Positions 37,780 through 49,677 of a stretch of DNA of 64,000 nucleotides are shown piece after piece; position 1 is the first letter of the stretch; every line of letters begins with the position of its first letter. The DNA comes from Burkholderiales bacterium. GTDB lineage: Bacteria > Pseudomonadota > Gammaproteobacteria > Burkholderiales > SG8-41. The notes under the pieces were generated by a model, which saw only the letters and a list, made by a program, of their open reading frames with translations, did no database searches and was not told the DNA's origin. The stretch lies in the NCBI GenBank assembly GCA_022841375.1, contig JALHRQ010000002.1:261867-325866 (forward strand), in the 5' to 3' direction. The position numbers and the translations under genes were made by a program.

Positions 37780-38872
37780 CAACACCCTCCCCGCCAAGCA
37801 CCGCCGCAAGCGCTTCGCCGGGTACGGCAGCACTGACAAAGGCCTCGCCGATTTTTTTCAACAAGACAAAGCGGATTTTTCCCCCCTCAACTTTTTTGTC
37901 ATGCCCCATCAATTCCAGATAACGATCCACGCCCAGACGCGGCCCGCGTACGGGCAATCCCGCCCGTTGCAGCAGTTTGACCGTGCGCGACACGCATTGA
38001 TCATCGACCAGACCCATTTCGCGCGAAACCCGCGCGGCAATGACCATGCCTGCAGCAACGGCTTCCCCGTGCAGCCATTGGCCATAACCCAGTCCGGATT
38101 CGATGGCGTGTCCGAAGGTGTGGCCGAAATTGAGCAGGGCCCGCACGCCTTCCTCGCGTTCATCGGCGGCAACCACCGTCGACTTGTTCCGGCACGAAAC
38201 CTCGATGGCGTGAGCAAGCGCCGTCGACTCACGTGCGACCAGACGATCCATGTTGGTTTCAAGCCATTCAAAAAATGTGAAGTCGCCGATGAGTCCGTAT
38301 TTGATGACTTCAGCCAGACCCGCGGCGAGTTCGCGCTCCGGCAGTGTTTTAAGGGTGTCGGTGTCGGCAATTACCACGCGGGGCTGGTAAAAAGCGCCGA
38401 TCATGTTTTTGCCCAGCGGGTGATTGATTGCTGTTTTACCGCCCACCGAAGAGTCCACCTGGGCCAGAAGCGTTGTCGGGATCTGGATAAAGGGCGCACC
38501 ACGCTGGAACACCGCCGCAGCAAATCCAACCAAGTCACCGATCACGCCGCCGCCCAGCGCAATCAACGTCGTCTTGCGTTCTGCCCGGTTAATCAGCAGG
38601 GCATCGAACACCTGGTTCAGGGTCTGCCAGTTCTTGTGTGATTCGCCGTCGGGCAGCACGATCGTATCGATAGCAACCTGTTGTGCAGTCAGAGCGGTCT
38701 TGAGTGTTTCCAGATAAAGCGGGGCGACCACGGTATTGGTGATGATCACGGCTTTACGCTGCGGCAGATGGCGCGCCACCATTTCGCCGTGGTTGAGCAG
38801 GCCCGGGCCGATGTGTATCGGATAACCGCGATCCGCAAGATCTACGCGAAGTGTCGTGACGGTGTTGTTCAT
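37769..38872 (-). CDS. aroB: 3-dehydroquinate synthase
   Basis: [34 protein letters not shown]. Confidence 0.98.
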   Translation of the reverse strand: MNNTVTTLRVDLADRGYPIHIGPGLLNHGEMVARHLPQRKAVIITNTVVAPLYLETLKTALTAQQVAIDTIVLPDGESHKNWQTLNQVFDALLINRAERKTTLIALGGGVIGDLVGFAAAVFQRGAPFIQIPTTLLAQVDSSVGGKTAINHPLGKNMIGAFYQPRVVIADTDTLKTLPERELAAGLAEVIKYGLIGDFTFFEWLETNMDRLVARESTALAHAIEVSCRNKSTVVAADEREEGVRALLNFGHTFGHAIESGLGYGQWLHGEAVAAGMVIAARVSREMGLVDDQCVSRTVKLLQRAGLPVRGPRLGVDRYLELMGHDKKVEGGKIRFVLLKKIGEAFVSAAVPGEALAAVLGGEGVGDA

Positions 38873-38892
38873 GAAGGGATGTGCACTGAAAC

Positions 38893-39471
38893 TCAGGACT
38901 GTGGCTGACTGGCGGGAACATCAGCGTCCGTCAGCAACTGCTGGATACGCGATGTCAGATGGGCCACGCTTTGTGATCCGGTGTCTACGACGATATGAGC
39001 CGTTTCCATATACAGAGGATCACGCTGTTCGTGCAGGGATCGCAGTTTGCCCAAAGGATCCGCAGTCTGCAGCAGCGGGCGGTTGCGGTCCCTGCGGGTG
39101 CGCCGCCAGAGATCTTCCGGTGCCGCACGCAGGTAAATCACCCGGCCCCGACTTTTGAGGAAGCGGCGGCTGGCGTCAGAAATGACCGCACCGCCGCCGG
39201 TGGCAAGCACGATGCCGTCCAGGGAAGTCAATTGCTGAATCATTTTTTCTTCACGTGACCGAAAGCCGGACTCCCCTTCAATTTCAAAAATAACGGGAAT
39301 TTTCACGCCGGTGATCCGTTCGATTTCGGCATCCGCATCAAAAAACTTCATGTCCAGACGCCGTGCGAGCATGCGACCGACGGAGGTTTTGCCCGCGCCC
39401 ATTAAACCGACCAGAAAGATGTTGTCATGGCAGGCTGCGTTTTTGCTGGAATGTTGATCGCTGGACGGCAT
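38893..39471 (-). CDS. aroK: Shikimate kinase
   Basis: [23 protein letters not shown]. Confidence 0.97.
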   Translation of the reverse strand: MPSSDQHSSKNAACHDNIFLVGLMGAGKTSVGRMLARRLDMKFFDADAEIERITGVKIPVIFEIEGESGFRSREEKMIQQLTSLDGIVLATGGGAVISDASRRFLKSRGRVIYLRAAPEDLWRRTRRDRNRPLLQTADPLGKLRSLHEQRDPLYMETAHIVVDTGSQSVAHLTSRIQQLLTDADVPASQPQS

Positions 39472-39520
39472 GCAGTGATTTTAGCTGAAGCCGTGTAACG
39501 GCCATATCTCAAATACCAAT

Positions 39521-39548
39521 AAAAAAGGGCGGCGCAATGCGCCGCCCT
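39521..39548 (-). terminator. Rho-independent terminator after pilQ
   Basis: AGGGCGGCGC-3 nt loop-GCGCCGCCCT followed by a T-tract on the minus strand. Confidence 0.85.
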
Positions 39549-39568
39549 GATGTGATTCGGGAGGCCGG

Positions 39569-41683
39569 TTAACGCAGGGAAGCCCCGTCCTTCAGGATCT
39601 TCGGTGAAATGAAGATCAGCAGTTCGCGGCGGTCATCCACGCGCTGGTTGTTTTTGAACAGGAAGCCGACATAGGGCAGATCGCCGAGCACCGGTACCTT
39701 GGTCGTCGTCGAACGCTCGTCCTGGGTGTAGATGCCGCCGATGACGACCGTGCCGCCGTTTTCGACCAACACCTCGGTCGCCACCTGCTTGGTGTCGATC
39801 GACGGACCCGAGAGCGTGTTCTGGCCGACGCTGTCTTTGTTGACCTTCAGGTTCATGATTACGTTGTCGTCCGGCGTGATTTGTGGCTTCACCTTCAACG
39901 ACAATGTCGCCTTGCGAAACGACACACTGGTCGCGCCGCTGGATGTCGCCTGCTGGTACGGAATCTCCGTGCCCTGCTCGATTGTCGCCTCGATCTTGTC
40001 GGCGGTAATCACGCGCGGGCTGGAAATAATCTTGCCTTTACCGTCTGCCTGCAGCGCCGAAAGCTCCAGGTTGAGGAACTTGGTGCTCTTGTCGTTGAAC
40101 AGCAGGAAAGAGAATACCCCGGGATTGGCGCCGGAGAGGCCCTGAGCCGGCAGGTTCACAAACAGACTTTCGGTAAATGCCGGTGCCGATGCAATTTGGC
40201 CTGAATGGAACCCGGTGTCGTTAATGCTGCCGCCAATCAAGGCATTGGTGCCGCCGCCATTGCCCAGCCTGAAGCCTTGGCCTGTGCTGTCATGAAATCC
40301 CAGACGCGCACCCAAGTTGCGGCTGAATGTGTCGTTGGCTTCGACGATGCGCGATTCAATCATCACCTGACGCACAGGAATGTCGATTTGCTTCAACAAT
40401 TTCCGTACTTCTTCAAGTCTCGAAGGCGTGTCCTGCACGAAAACAGTATTGGTGCGCACGTCGACCACGGCGCTGCCTCGCTTCGAGAGAATTCGTTGCT
40501 TGGGATCTGACAACAACGCCTGGAATTCAGCCGCTTTCTGATAGTTGACCTGCATACTTTCTGTGCGCAGCGGCTCAAGATCGGCGATCTGCGAACGCGC
40601 TTCAAGAGCGAGCTTCTCGCGGGTGGCCAGTTCGTCGCGCGGTGCAATCCACACCACGTTGCCGGTCTTGCGCATATCCAGGCCTTTACTCTGGAGAATG
40701 ATGTCCAGGGCTTGATCCCAGGGCACATCCTTGAGCCGCAGAGTCAGGCTGCCGCCGACGGTATCGCTGGTAATGACGTTAAGCCCGGTAAAGTCGGCAA
40801 TTACCTGCAGCACTGCGCGGACTTCGACGTTCTGGAAATTCAGTGACAGCTTTTCGCCGGTAAACCCGGGCTGGACGAGCCTGTTGCCGTCATCAACCAC
40901 TTTTTTAACCTCGACAATGAACCGATTGTCGGTCTGATAAGCCGAGTGCTCCCATGCGCCGCGTGGCGTGATGACCATGCGGGTGCCGTTGCCTTGGGCA
41001 AAGGTTTCAATGCTTTCAACCGGCGTGCCGAAATCGACAACATCCAGGCGTCGGGCAAGATTCTTGGGCACTGCCGTGTTGAGGAAGTCGATAATCAGCG
41101 AACGACCCTGCGTGCGCAGATCAATGCCGACTTGATTGTCTGACAGATCGACCATGATCCGGCCCTCGCCGGTGCGGCCTCGGCGAAAATCGACGTCACG
41201 AAGGCTGTGAGCGCCGTCACCGGATTTAACTTGCGCAAAAGTCTGCGCAGCCGGCGCCGGTGTTGACGAACCGGCGGCAGCGGTGCCTCCAAGGGTAACC
41301 AGAATCGTATTGCCTTCGATCTTGGCGTCGTATCCCAGCTGACGCGACGTTTCGAGTACCAGGCGTGAACGATCGCCTGCCTGCACGATGTTGATGCGCC
41401 GGACATCTCCTTCGCCGATTTCATGCGTAGTTTTACCCGATCCGTTTGTGGTGCCCGGAAAGTCAAAAGCAATACGCGGCGGGTTGTTCACCACGAAGCT
41501 GGGGGGTGTCCCCGCGGGGGCGCCTTTCAGCGTGATCTTCACCAGCGTTGAACCGCCCTGTTGCGCCGAAACGTTGACGGCTTCGATGCTGTTCTGGGCA
41601 TAAGCCGTGGCAGCGGTGATGGCAAAACCCGCAGCCACCGCCAGTTTGGAAACGCAATTCATCAATTTGAAAAACCGTATCAT
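39569..41683 (-). CDS. pilQ: Type IV pilus secretin PilQ
   Basis: AMIN domains, LSLNFQNVEVR, VPWDQALD, KVPVLGDLP secretin signature. Confidence 0.97.
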   Translation of the reverse strand: MIRFFKLMNCVSKLAVAAGFAITAATAYAQNSIEAVNVSAQQGGSTLVKITLKGAPAGTPPSFVVNNPPRIAFDFPGTTNGSGKTTHEIGEGDVRRINIVQAGDRSRLVLETSRQLGYDAKIEGNTILVTLGGTAAAGSSTPAPAAQTFAQVKSGDGAHSLRDVDFRRGRTGEGRIMVDLSDNQVGIDLRTQGRSLIIDFLNTAVPKNLARRLDVVDFGTPVESIETFAQGNGTRMVITPRGAWEHSAYQTDNRFIVEVKKVVDDGNRLVQPGFTGEKLSLNFQNVEVRAVLQVIADFTGLNVITSDTVGGSLTLRLKDVPWDQALDIILQSKGLDMRKTGNVVWIAPRDELATREKLALEARSQIADLEPLRTESMQVNYQKAAEFQALLSDPKQRILSKRGSAVVDVRTNTVFVQDTPSRLEEVRKLLKQIDIPVRQVMIESRIVEANDTFSRNLGARLGFHDSTGQGFRLGNGGGTNALIGGSINDTGFHSGQIASAPAFTESLFVNLPAQGLSGANPGVFSFLLFNDKSTKFLNLELSALQADGKGKIISSPRVITADKIEATIEQGTEIPYQQATSSGATSVSFRKATLSLKVKPQITPDDNVIMNLKVNKDSVGQNTLSGPSIDTKQVATEVLVENGGTVVIGGIYTQDERSTTTKVPVLGDLPYVGFLFKNNQRVDDRRELLIFISPKILKDGASLR

Positions 41684-42210
41684 TTAGTGCCTCCTTGTTC
41701 TTGCAGCAGTAGCGCCTGTTCTTTTTCTTCCCAGTTGCCGCCGCTGTCCTGAACGATTTCCTTCAGTTTGATATCCGTTTCCGAAATGCCCACGATGCGC
41801 CCAAAGTTCTGGCCCAGGTAATTCCCCGACCGTACGCGATAGAGCGCGCTGTCCGGCGCCTTTACCAGCGCGAATACCTGGTTTTTCTGCTGTAACGTGC
41901 CGACCATTTTCAGATTTTCCAGCGGGAAGGCTTCCAAAGCTTCGCGGGGCCGGTTTAAATCCGGCTGCAGACCGCCTTTTGAAGTGGATTTCGGCGGCTC
42001 GATCTTGCGCGGTTTGAACGGATCGGTCAGATCGTAGGCGTTGTAGGCAAAAGGCTCATACGGTTTGACTTCCGGCAAGGGCTGAATCCGCCCGCCCGGC
42101 AGTTTGTCGGATTCTTTGACGAATTGCCGCAGATCCGAATGTTCCTCGCCGCTGCAACCCGCCACAGCCAGCACGCAACCCAAAACGGCTACTAACGCTC
42201 TGCTGTTCAT
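41680..42210 (-). CDS. pilP: Type IV pilus assembly lipoprotein PilP
   Basis: Lipobox VAGC, REALEAFPLE, GNYLGQNFG. Confidence 0.95.
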   Translation of the reverse strand: MNSRALVAVLGCVLAVAGCSGEEHSDLRQFVKESDKLPGGRIQPLPEVKPYEPFAYNAYDLTDPFKPRKIEPPKSTSKGGLQPDLNRPREALEAFPLENLKMVGTLQQKNQVFALVKAPDSALYRVRSGNYLGQNFGRIVGISETDIKLKEIVQDSGGNWEEKEQALLLQEQGGTK

Positions 42211-42833
42211 TTCTTGGCTCCCGGCGCCGGTTTTTTGCGTGCCGCGGCCAGTTCGCCGTCATCCAGATAACGGAAGGTTTTGGCGACGGCATCCAGTGTC
42301 AGCAGGCCGTCTTTGCCGGTCGTCAATGAAATATCATTCAGGGTGACAATGCGGGAGAGCCTGCCGATGTCGCTCGCAAAGGCACCCAAATCATGATAAT
42401 TGCCGGTCACGCGCACGGTAATCGGCAATTCGGCATAAAAATCACCCATGATTTCAGATGCGGCCGGACGAAACAGTTCGAACTGAAGACCGCGACCAAG
42501 GCCAGCCTGGTTAATATCGGTCAGCAGCGCATCCATCTCTGATTTACCCGGCAATTGTTTAAGCAGGGCGCCAAACTGTGACTCAATGTCTACCAGCTGC
42601 TTGCGATAGGCGGGCAGATCAATGGCCTGCTTCTTTTTGTCCAGGAATGTAGTGCGAAGCTGTTCTTCCTTGGCTTTTTCCGCATCAATCTGCGCCATCT
42701 GATCCTGCCAGTCAAACCAGTAGCTTGCGCCGACAAGGGCGATCAGCAACAGCAACAGGACACCGAGTTTCGGCAGGAGTGGCCAGCTGCCGATCTTGTT
42801 CGGATCCAGTTTTTTGAGTTCGTCCAAAGTCAT
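42207..42833 (-). CDS. pilO: Type IV pilus assembly protein PilO
   Basis: LLKQLP..SEMDALL, FYAELPI, RIVTL. Confidence 0.95.
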   Translation of the reverse strand: MTLDELKKLDPNKIGSWPLLPKLGVLLLLLIALVGASYWFDWQDQMAQIDAEKAKEEQLRTTFLDKKKQAIDLPAYRKQLVDIESQFGALLKQLPGKSEMDALLTDINQAGLGRGLQFELFRPAASEIMGDFYAELPITVRVTGNYHDLGAFASDIGRLSRIVTLNDISLTTGKDGLLTLDAVAKTFRYLDDGELAAARKKPAPGAKK

Positions 42834-42836
42834 GAT

Positions 42837-43418
42837 TTAGCCCTTCTTCCCGGCTTTCTTGTCGGTGGGCTCGACGATTCGCGTGACTTCAATGTTCATC
42901 GTGAATTCGTTAAGCCGTTGACTGCCAATATTCGCCGATTTGATTTCGACCAGATTGGCTTTCTGCAAGTACTGAGAACCTTCAAGATTGCGCATCAACG
43001 TCGAAACACGGGCTTGTGACTGCGTGTAACCGGAAATCGTAACCATGAGGCCCTGCTGCTTGATGGTTTTCAGATACATGCCGTCGGGAAGCTGCCGGAC
43101 CAGTTGATCTAGCAAATGCACCACTTCTGCGCGGTTGCTCTGCAGCGTTTCAACCACCTGCTTGCGTTTCAGCAACGCCGCAATCTGTTCCTTGAGTTTG
43201 TTGATTTCGGCGATTTCCTTGTCGATCTTGACGATCTCCTGCTCAAGGTATTTGTTCCTCGCCTGCTGATTGGTCAGTGTGCTGTCGAGATAGGTGTGCA
43301 CGCTGAACCAGATTGCGGCACCCATGGCCACGACCACACCCAACATGACGAAAAAATGCTGTTGTTGCTGCTTGCGCCGCATCTCGCGATGCGGCAGCAG
43401 ATTGATGCGGGCGCTCAT
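42837..43418 (-). CDS. pilN: Type IV pilus assembly protein PilN
   Basis: INLLP N-terminal motif plus TM helix. Confidence 0.95.
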   Translation of the reverse strand: MSARINLLPHREMRRKQQQQHFFVMLGVVVAMGAAIWFSVHTYLDSTLTNQQARNKYLEQEIVKIDKEIAEINKLKEQIAALLKRKQVVETLQSNRAEVVHLLDQLVRQLPDGMYLKTIKQQGLMVTISGYTQSQARVSTLMRNLEGSQYLQKANLVEIKSANIGSQRLNEFTMNIEVTRIVEPTDKKAGKKG

Positions 43419-44521
43419 TTGTCGAATCTCCTCATCGCGAGGCCGCAGGCGACCATCAGCGAGGGCGCGTCCTGCTCAAGGCTTTTGCGGCGGATATGGG
43501 CCGACAGGCCCATGTTCGCGAACGGATTGGCCACAGAGGTTTCAACCTGCGCACGTTTTGCGACGGCCTCGGCAATGCCCGGAATCGCCGCGCAACCGCC
43601 GCAAAGAACGATGTGGTCAACCTTGTTGTATTGGGTGGAGGAGAAGAAGAACTGGATGCCGCGGGCAATTTCTAGGCCGAGCGTATCGAGGAAGGGCAAC
43701 AACACTTCGGATTCATAATTTTCAGGCAATCCCCCCGCCCGTTTTGCCGCTTCTGCTTCTTCGGCAGAAAGACCGAACTTGTTCTGAATTTCCTGGGTCA
43801 GCTGTCCGCCGCCAAAAGGCTGTTCACGCATGTATACCGACTGGTCGTTGCGCAGCACATTGACGTTCATCGTGGAGGCCCCGATGTCGACCACGGCGAT
43901 ATTAAGATCGCGACCGCGCTCGGGCATTGTGGCTTCGATAAGTTCGAAGGCTGACTGTGCTGCAAAAAGATCGACATCCATGACCAGGGCTTTAAGGCCG
44001 GCACCTTCGGCGACGGCAACCCGATCCTCAATTTTGTCTTTGCGCGATGCGGCGATTAGTACTTCCACGTCTTCAGGGCTGTTCGGTGCGGGGCCGACGA
44101 CCTGATAGTCGAGATTGACTTCATCAAGTGAGAAGGGAATGTATTGATTGGCCTCCCTTTCAACATCGCCTTCAAGATCATCATCTTTCTGGCCGGCGGG
44201 AAGCAGAATTTTCTTGCTGATGACCGCCGCATTCGGCAACGCCAGCGCGATGTTCTTGAAATTGCTGCCCAGGCGTTTGTGGCAGCGCTTGACCGCCTCG
44301 ATTACGGCGTCGAGGTTGTTGATGTTGCCCTCGACCACGGATTCCGTCGGCAGCGGCTCAATGGCATACCGTTCCAAACGGTAGGCGCCTTTGCCCGCGT
44401 CGACGATCTCGACCATCTTGACGGCCGAGGAGCTGATGTCTGCGCCTATCAGCGGCGGCATCTTGGGCTTGAACAAAGCCTCAAAAGCGTCGAAGTTCAG
44501 GCTGATTTTACCTTTAGCCAT
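43415..44521 (-). CDS. pilM: Type IV pilus assembly protein PilM
   Basis: Actin-like fold motifs GADISSSAVK, VDIGA, C-terminal GLAMR. Confidence 0.96.
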   Translation of the reverse strand: MAKGKISLNFDAFEALFKPKMPPLIGADISSSAVKMVEIVDAGKGAYRLERYAIEPLPTESVVEGNINNLDAVIEAVKRCHKRLGSNFKNIALALPNAAVISKKILLPAGQKDDDLEGDVEREANQYIPFSLDEVNLDYQVVGPAPNSPEDVEVLIAASRKDKIEDRVAVAEGAGLKALVMDVDLFAAQSAFELIEATMPERGRDLNIAVVDIGASTMNVNVLRNDQSVYMREQPFGGGQLTQEIQNKFGLSAEEAEAAKRAGGLPENYESEVLLPFLDTLGLEIARGIQFFFSSTQYNKVDHIVLCGGCAAIPGIAEAVAKRAQVETSVANPFANMGLSAHIRRKSLEQDAPSLMVACGLAMRRFDK

Positions 44522-44751
44522 AGAATTTTAGGGCAAACCCTCGAGAATTTACTTTAAGTAATTACAGCAACCATTTATCCAGTAATGCTTTTCTGCTGCG
44601 TTTCTTTTGCGGTTTGATCCGCCTATAATGCAGCCGCATTACTGCCTACTCTGCAGTATTTTTGCCGTACAGGCAATAAGATTTTGCATTAGGTGTGGCG
44701 CGTAACCCACAGATTAATTTGACTTTTTTCACATTTTTAAATTTCCACTAG

Positions 44752-47061
44752 ATGTCTGTCCGTTGGTGGGCATTCCCACTATTACTGGTGTTTTTGCTTG
44801 CTGCGGCAGGCATTTTGGTCGTCGGATTCGCGGCCGCGTTGATCTATCCGACGCTGCCGACACTTGAAGTTCTGACCGATTATCGGCCCAAAATCCCGCT
44901 TCGGGTCTATAGCGCGGACGGCAAGCTGATCGGCGAATTTGGCGAGGAGCGGCGCGCGGTCATCAAACTTGAGCAGGTGCCAAAAACGCTGATTAATGCC
45001 ATCGTTGCCGCCGAAGACGAACGCTTCTATCAGCATGGTGGTGTTGATTACCTGGGGGTTGCGCGTGCTGCGCTGTCCAACTTCACTTCGGGCGGAGTCA
45101 AGCAGGGTGCCTCGACGATAACCATGCAGGTTGCGCGCAATTTTTTCCTGTCCAAGGAAAAAACGCTGACCCGCAAGTTTAACGAGATGCTACTGGCGTT
45201 CAAGATTGAGTCCAGTCTGAGCAAGCAGCAGATTATTGAGCTGTATATCAACCAGATCTACCTTGGTCAGCGCGCTTACGGGTTTGCTGCCGCGGCGCAG
45301 ATTTATTACGGCAAACCGCTGGCCGAACTGTCAGTCGCCCAGCAGGCAATGCTAGCCGGACTGCCGAAAGCGCCTTCACGTTTCAATCCAATCGCCAACC
45401 CCTCTCGCGCCAAATTGCGCCAGCAGTATGTATTGCGCCGGATGCGCGAACTCGGAATGATCACGCCCGAGCAGCTGGCCAATGCCGACAAAGAGCCCAT
45501 GGTGATGCGGCAGTCGATCAATGAATTCCATGTGCGGGCTGACTACTTCGCGGAGATGGTGCGGGCGCAGATGTTTGAACGCTACGGCGAGGAAGCTTAT
45601 ACCCATGGCCTCAGGGTCCACACGACGCTGTTGTCGGAACATCAGCGTGCCGCCCACGATGCCTTGCGTAAAGGGGTTCTGGATTACGATCGTCGCCATG
45701 GGTATCGCGGTCCCGAGGCATACGTCGAACTCACCCGGGAACTGAGCAACGAACAACTGGAGGATGTGCTTCAGGATGCGCCCGATAGCGACGATATTTA
45801 CCCGGCCGTCGTGCTGGAAGCCAATCCCAAGCAAGTGCGCATTTACCGATCCGGCGGGGAACGCATCTCCATCAACGAAGACGGACTGAAGTTTGCCGCG
45901 AAACTGCTCGGCGAGAATGTGCCGCCGACACAGCGTATCCGCCGCGGTGCGATCATCCGCATCACCAAGGATGAAAAAGGCCGTTGGCAGATAGTGCAGT
46001 TGCCCCAGGTCGAATCGGCACTGGTTTCCGCGGATCCGCGCACGGGTGCGATCCGCGCCTTGGTTGGCGGGTTCGATTTCAACCGCAACCAGTACAACCA
46101 TGTAACCCAGGCACTGCGCCAACCCGGCTCCAGTTTTAAACCGTTTATTTATTCGGCGGCACTGGAAAAAGGGTTCACCGCCGCGACCGTGATCAATGAT
46201 GCGCCGTTGACTTTCTCCGCAGCACAGACCGGCTCTGAACCCTGGGAGCCGAAAAACTACGATGGCAAATTCGAAGGGCCGATGCGCTTGCGCACGGCAC
46301 TGGCCAAATCCAAAAACCTGGTTTCCGTACGCATTCTGCAGGCCATCACACCCCAATATGCCCAGGACTATATTTCCCGCTTTGGTTTCGATCCGAAACT
46401 CCACCCGCCTTACCTGACCATGGCCTTGGGCGCCGGTAACGTGACGCCCATGCAAATGCTTGGGGCCTATTCGGTGTTTGCGAATGGCGGCTACAAGATC
46501 GCGCCTTACTTCATCGATCGGGTCGAAGACGACAAGGGCAAAGTGCTGCTGACCAACAAACCGGTTGTTGCCGGTGAATCCGCGGAGCGGGCCATCGATC
46601 CCCGCAATGCCTTCATCATGTCCAGTCTGATGCGTGATGTGGTGCGCGCGGGTACGGCCACGCGTGCAATGCGTCTGAAACGCAATGATCTGGCCGGCAA
46701 GACCGGCACCACCAACGAATTTGTCGATGCGTGGTTCGGCGGCTTCCAGCCGACGCTGGTCGCTATCGCCTGGGTGGGCTTTGACCAGCCGAAGACGCTC
46801 GGGCGCAACGAGACCGGCGGCAGCGCTGCGCTGCCGATCTGGATTGATTACATGGCGACCGCGCTGAAGAATGTTCCCGAAGAAGCATTTACTCCCCCGC
46901 CGGGGATTATTGTCATGCCGGTTAATACCGAGACGGGGCTGCGCGCAGGGGATGGCTCCGGCATCAGCGAATATTTCTACCAGGAGTTCCCGGCGCCCGC
47001 TTCTGATGGACCCGCTGCTGGCGACAAGTTGCCGGATGACGCGAGAAATCAGCTGTTCTAG
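44752..47061 (+). CDS. mrcA: Penicillin-binding protein 1A
   Basis: EDERFY.H.G, GASTITMQ, RK..E transglycosylase motifs; SSFK, SKN, KTG transpeptidase motifs; divergent from pilM. Confidence 0.97.
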   Translation: MSVRWWAFPLLLVFLLAAAGILVVGFAAALIYPTLPTLEVLTDYRPKIPLRVYSADGKLIGEFGEERRAVIKLEQVPKTLINAIVAAEDERFYQHGGVDYLGVARAALSNFTSGGVKQGASTITMQVARNFFLSKEKTLTRKFNEMLLAFKIESSLSKQQIIELYINQIYLGQRAYGFAAAAQIYYGKPLAELSVAQQAMLAGLPKAPSRFNPIANPSRAKLRQQYVLRRMRELGMITPEQLANADKEPMVMRQSINEFHVRADYFAEMVRAQMFERYGEEAYTHGLRVHTTLLSEHQRAAHDALRKGVLDYDRRHGYRGPEAYVELTRELSNEQLEDVLQDAPDSDDIYPAVVLEANPKQVRIYRSGGERISINEDGLKFAAKLLGENVPPTQRIRRGAIIRITKDEKGRWQIVQLPQVESALVSADPRTGAIRALVGGFDFNRNQYNHVTQALRQPGSSFKPFIYSAALEKGFTAATVINDAPLTFSAAQTGSEPWEPKNYDGKFEGPMRLRTALAKSKNLVSVRILQAITPQYAQDYISRFGFDPKLHPPYLTMALGAGNVTPMQMLGAYSVFANGGYKIAPYFIDRVEDDKGKVLLTNKPVVAGESAERAIDPRNAFIMSSLMRDVVRAGTATRAMRLKRNDLAGKTGTTNEFVDAWFGGFQPTLVAIAWVGFDQPKTLGRNETGGSAALPIWIDYMATALKNVPEEAFTPPPGIIVMPVNTETGLRAGDGSGISEYFYQEFPAPASDGPAAGDKLPDDARNQLF

Positions 47062-47191
47062 ACAGTAAGGCTTGAGACTGTCGCCAAACCCCGCTTGACG
47101 AGTGCCCCGGTTTTCCCGAAGCTCATGAAATTAGTGTGGGGCAGACCATCCTGTGGGGGTCGAACCCGGGTTTTGCGGCAAGGAGTGCGGT

Positions 47192-47791
47192 ATGTCGAGA
47201 GAGCGGGGTCGTGACGACGCGCGCACAGCGATCGCGGTGCAGGCGGCGCGGTTGATGGCCGAAGACGGCATCGAGAATTACGGTCTGGCCAAACGCAAAG
47301 CGGCCAAACAACTCGGCATGCACGATACCCGTCGGTTGCCCAACAATGCCGAGATTGATGCCGCATTGCGCGAGTATCAGGTCATCTACAAGCCCGAAGA
47401 CCAGCCCCAGCGCACAAAGTTATTGCGCGAACAGGCGGTCGACACCATGCGTGAACTGGCGGATTTCAATCCGCATCTCACCGGGTCGGTGCTGTCGGGG
47501 AGTGCCGGCCCCTACGCATCGATCCACCTGCAGCTTTATACCGATAGCGCCAAGGCGGTCGAGCTGTTCCTGCTGAGTCGCGGACTGGCTTATCGCACCG
47601 GGCAGTCGCGGCTATATGCCGGCGGCGAGCTACGCATGGTGCCCATTTTCACCATTGAGGATGAAGGTACCGAGATTGAAATGACGGTGCTGGAAACTCA
47701 CGACCTGCGGGCTCCAGTGCGCGTAACGGCAGAAGGTCGCGTCATTGAGCGCGCCAAACTGCCTGCGGTTGAGGCCCTGCTTAGCGCCTGA
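47192..47791 (+). CDS. Conserved hypothetical protein, possible nucleotidyltransferase-like fold
   Basis: AGGAG RBS before ATG 47192; AKRKAA helical N-terminus; LTGSV...IHLQLYTD. Confidence 0.7.
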   Translation: MSRERGRDDARTAIAVQAARLMAEDGIENYGLAKRKAAKQLGMHDTRRLPNNAEIDAALREYQVIYKPEDQPQRTKLLREQAVDTMRELADFNPHLTGSVLSGSAGPYASIHLQLYTDSAKAVELFLLSRGLAYRTGQSRLYAGGELRMVPIFTIEDEGTEIEMTVLETHDLRAPVRVTAEGRVIERAKLPAVEALLSA

Positions 47792-47800
47792 CGGCGGTGC

Positions 47801-48886
<1,086 letters not shown>

Positions 48887-48891
48887 TATTG

Positions 48892-48995
48892 CAGATGGCT
48901 TCGGCTGTCGCCCGCTACACCTCCCTGAGCGGGCGCCTTAATGCTAGTTAAGGCTCTTCGCCCCCGGTTTACTCCCCTTTACCGGGGGCTTTTTA
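48892..48995 (+). ncRNA. Small RNA, anti-hemB / betaproteobacterial CU-loop sRNA-like
   Basis: Four consecutive hairpins: UUCG stem; CGCCCGCT-acacctccctg-AGCGGGCG; GCCTTAA/TTAAGGC; terminator GCCCCCGGT-ttactccccttt-ACCGGGGGC plus T-tract. Lies opposite to and upstream of hemB. Confidence 0.75.
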
Positions 48996-49586
48996 TTTTT
49001 TCAGCCAGCGTGCGACAACTGCCTGCGCTGGCTTGACGCCAGTCTTGTTGGCACCTGAAAAAATCTGTGCACTGGCTTCACCGGGATACTGTTTGAGCTC
49101 TTCTTCGGTTCGCTTTAATACGACCGAAGACTCTTGGCGGGTCAGTTTGTCCGACTTGGTGAGCAGAATGTGTACAGGCTTGCCGGTGGGGGCCAACCAA
49201 TCCAGCATCTGCCAGTCCAAAGGTTTAAGCCCGTGCCGGGAATCAACCACAATAACCAATAAAATCAATGAATTACGATTAATAATGTAAGTGCTTATTA
49301 ACGCATCCCAGCGCTCTTGTTCCGGCTTGGGCACCTTGGCATAACCGTAACCGGGCAGATCCACCAGCGAACAATGATTGCCCATGTCGAAAAAATTGAT
49401 GGCCTGGGTGCGCCCCGGGGTTTTACTGACAAACGCCAGCTTTCTGCGGTTCGCCAGCGCATTGATGGCGGTGGATTTGCCGGCGTTGGAACGGCCGGCA
49501 AAAGCCACTTCAGCACCTTGATCCGGCGGCATGTCGGCGATCTGGTGAACGGCGTAACGGAACTCGAGTTGAGAGAACAAAGACAA
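48993..49586 (-). CDS. engB: Ribosome biogenesis GTPase YihA/EngB
   Basis: GRSNAGKS, SKTPGRT, DLPGYG, TKSD. Confidence 0.96.
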   Translation of the reverse strand: MSLFSQLEFRYAVHQIADMPPDQGAEVAFAGRSNAGKSTAINALANRRKLAFVSKTPGRTQAINFFDMGNHCSLVDLPGYGYAKVPKPEQERWDALISTYIINRNSLILLVIVVDSRHGLKPLDWQMLDWLAPTGKPVHILLTKSDKLTRQESSVVLKRTEEELKQYPGEASAQIFSGANKTGVKPAQAVVARWLKK

Positions 49587-49677
49587 GCGGTTTTCCTCGT
49601 GGTCTTGGGCAGTCGCCCGAGCAAATTGCTATAGAATACAAGCCTTTTATTCAGCCCGTGGGATTAAGGAGTACGCA

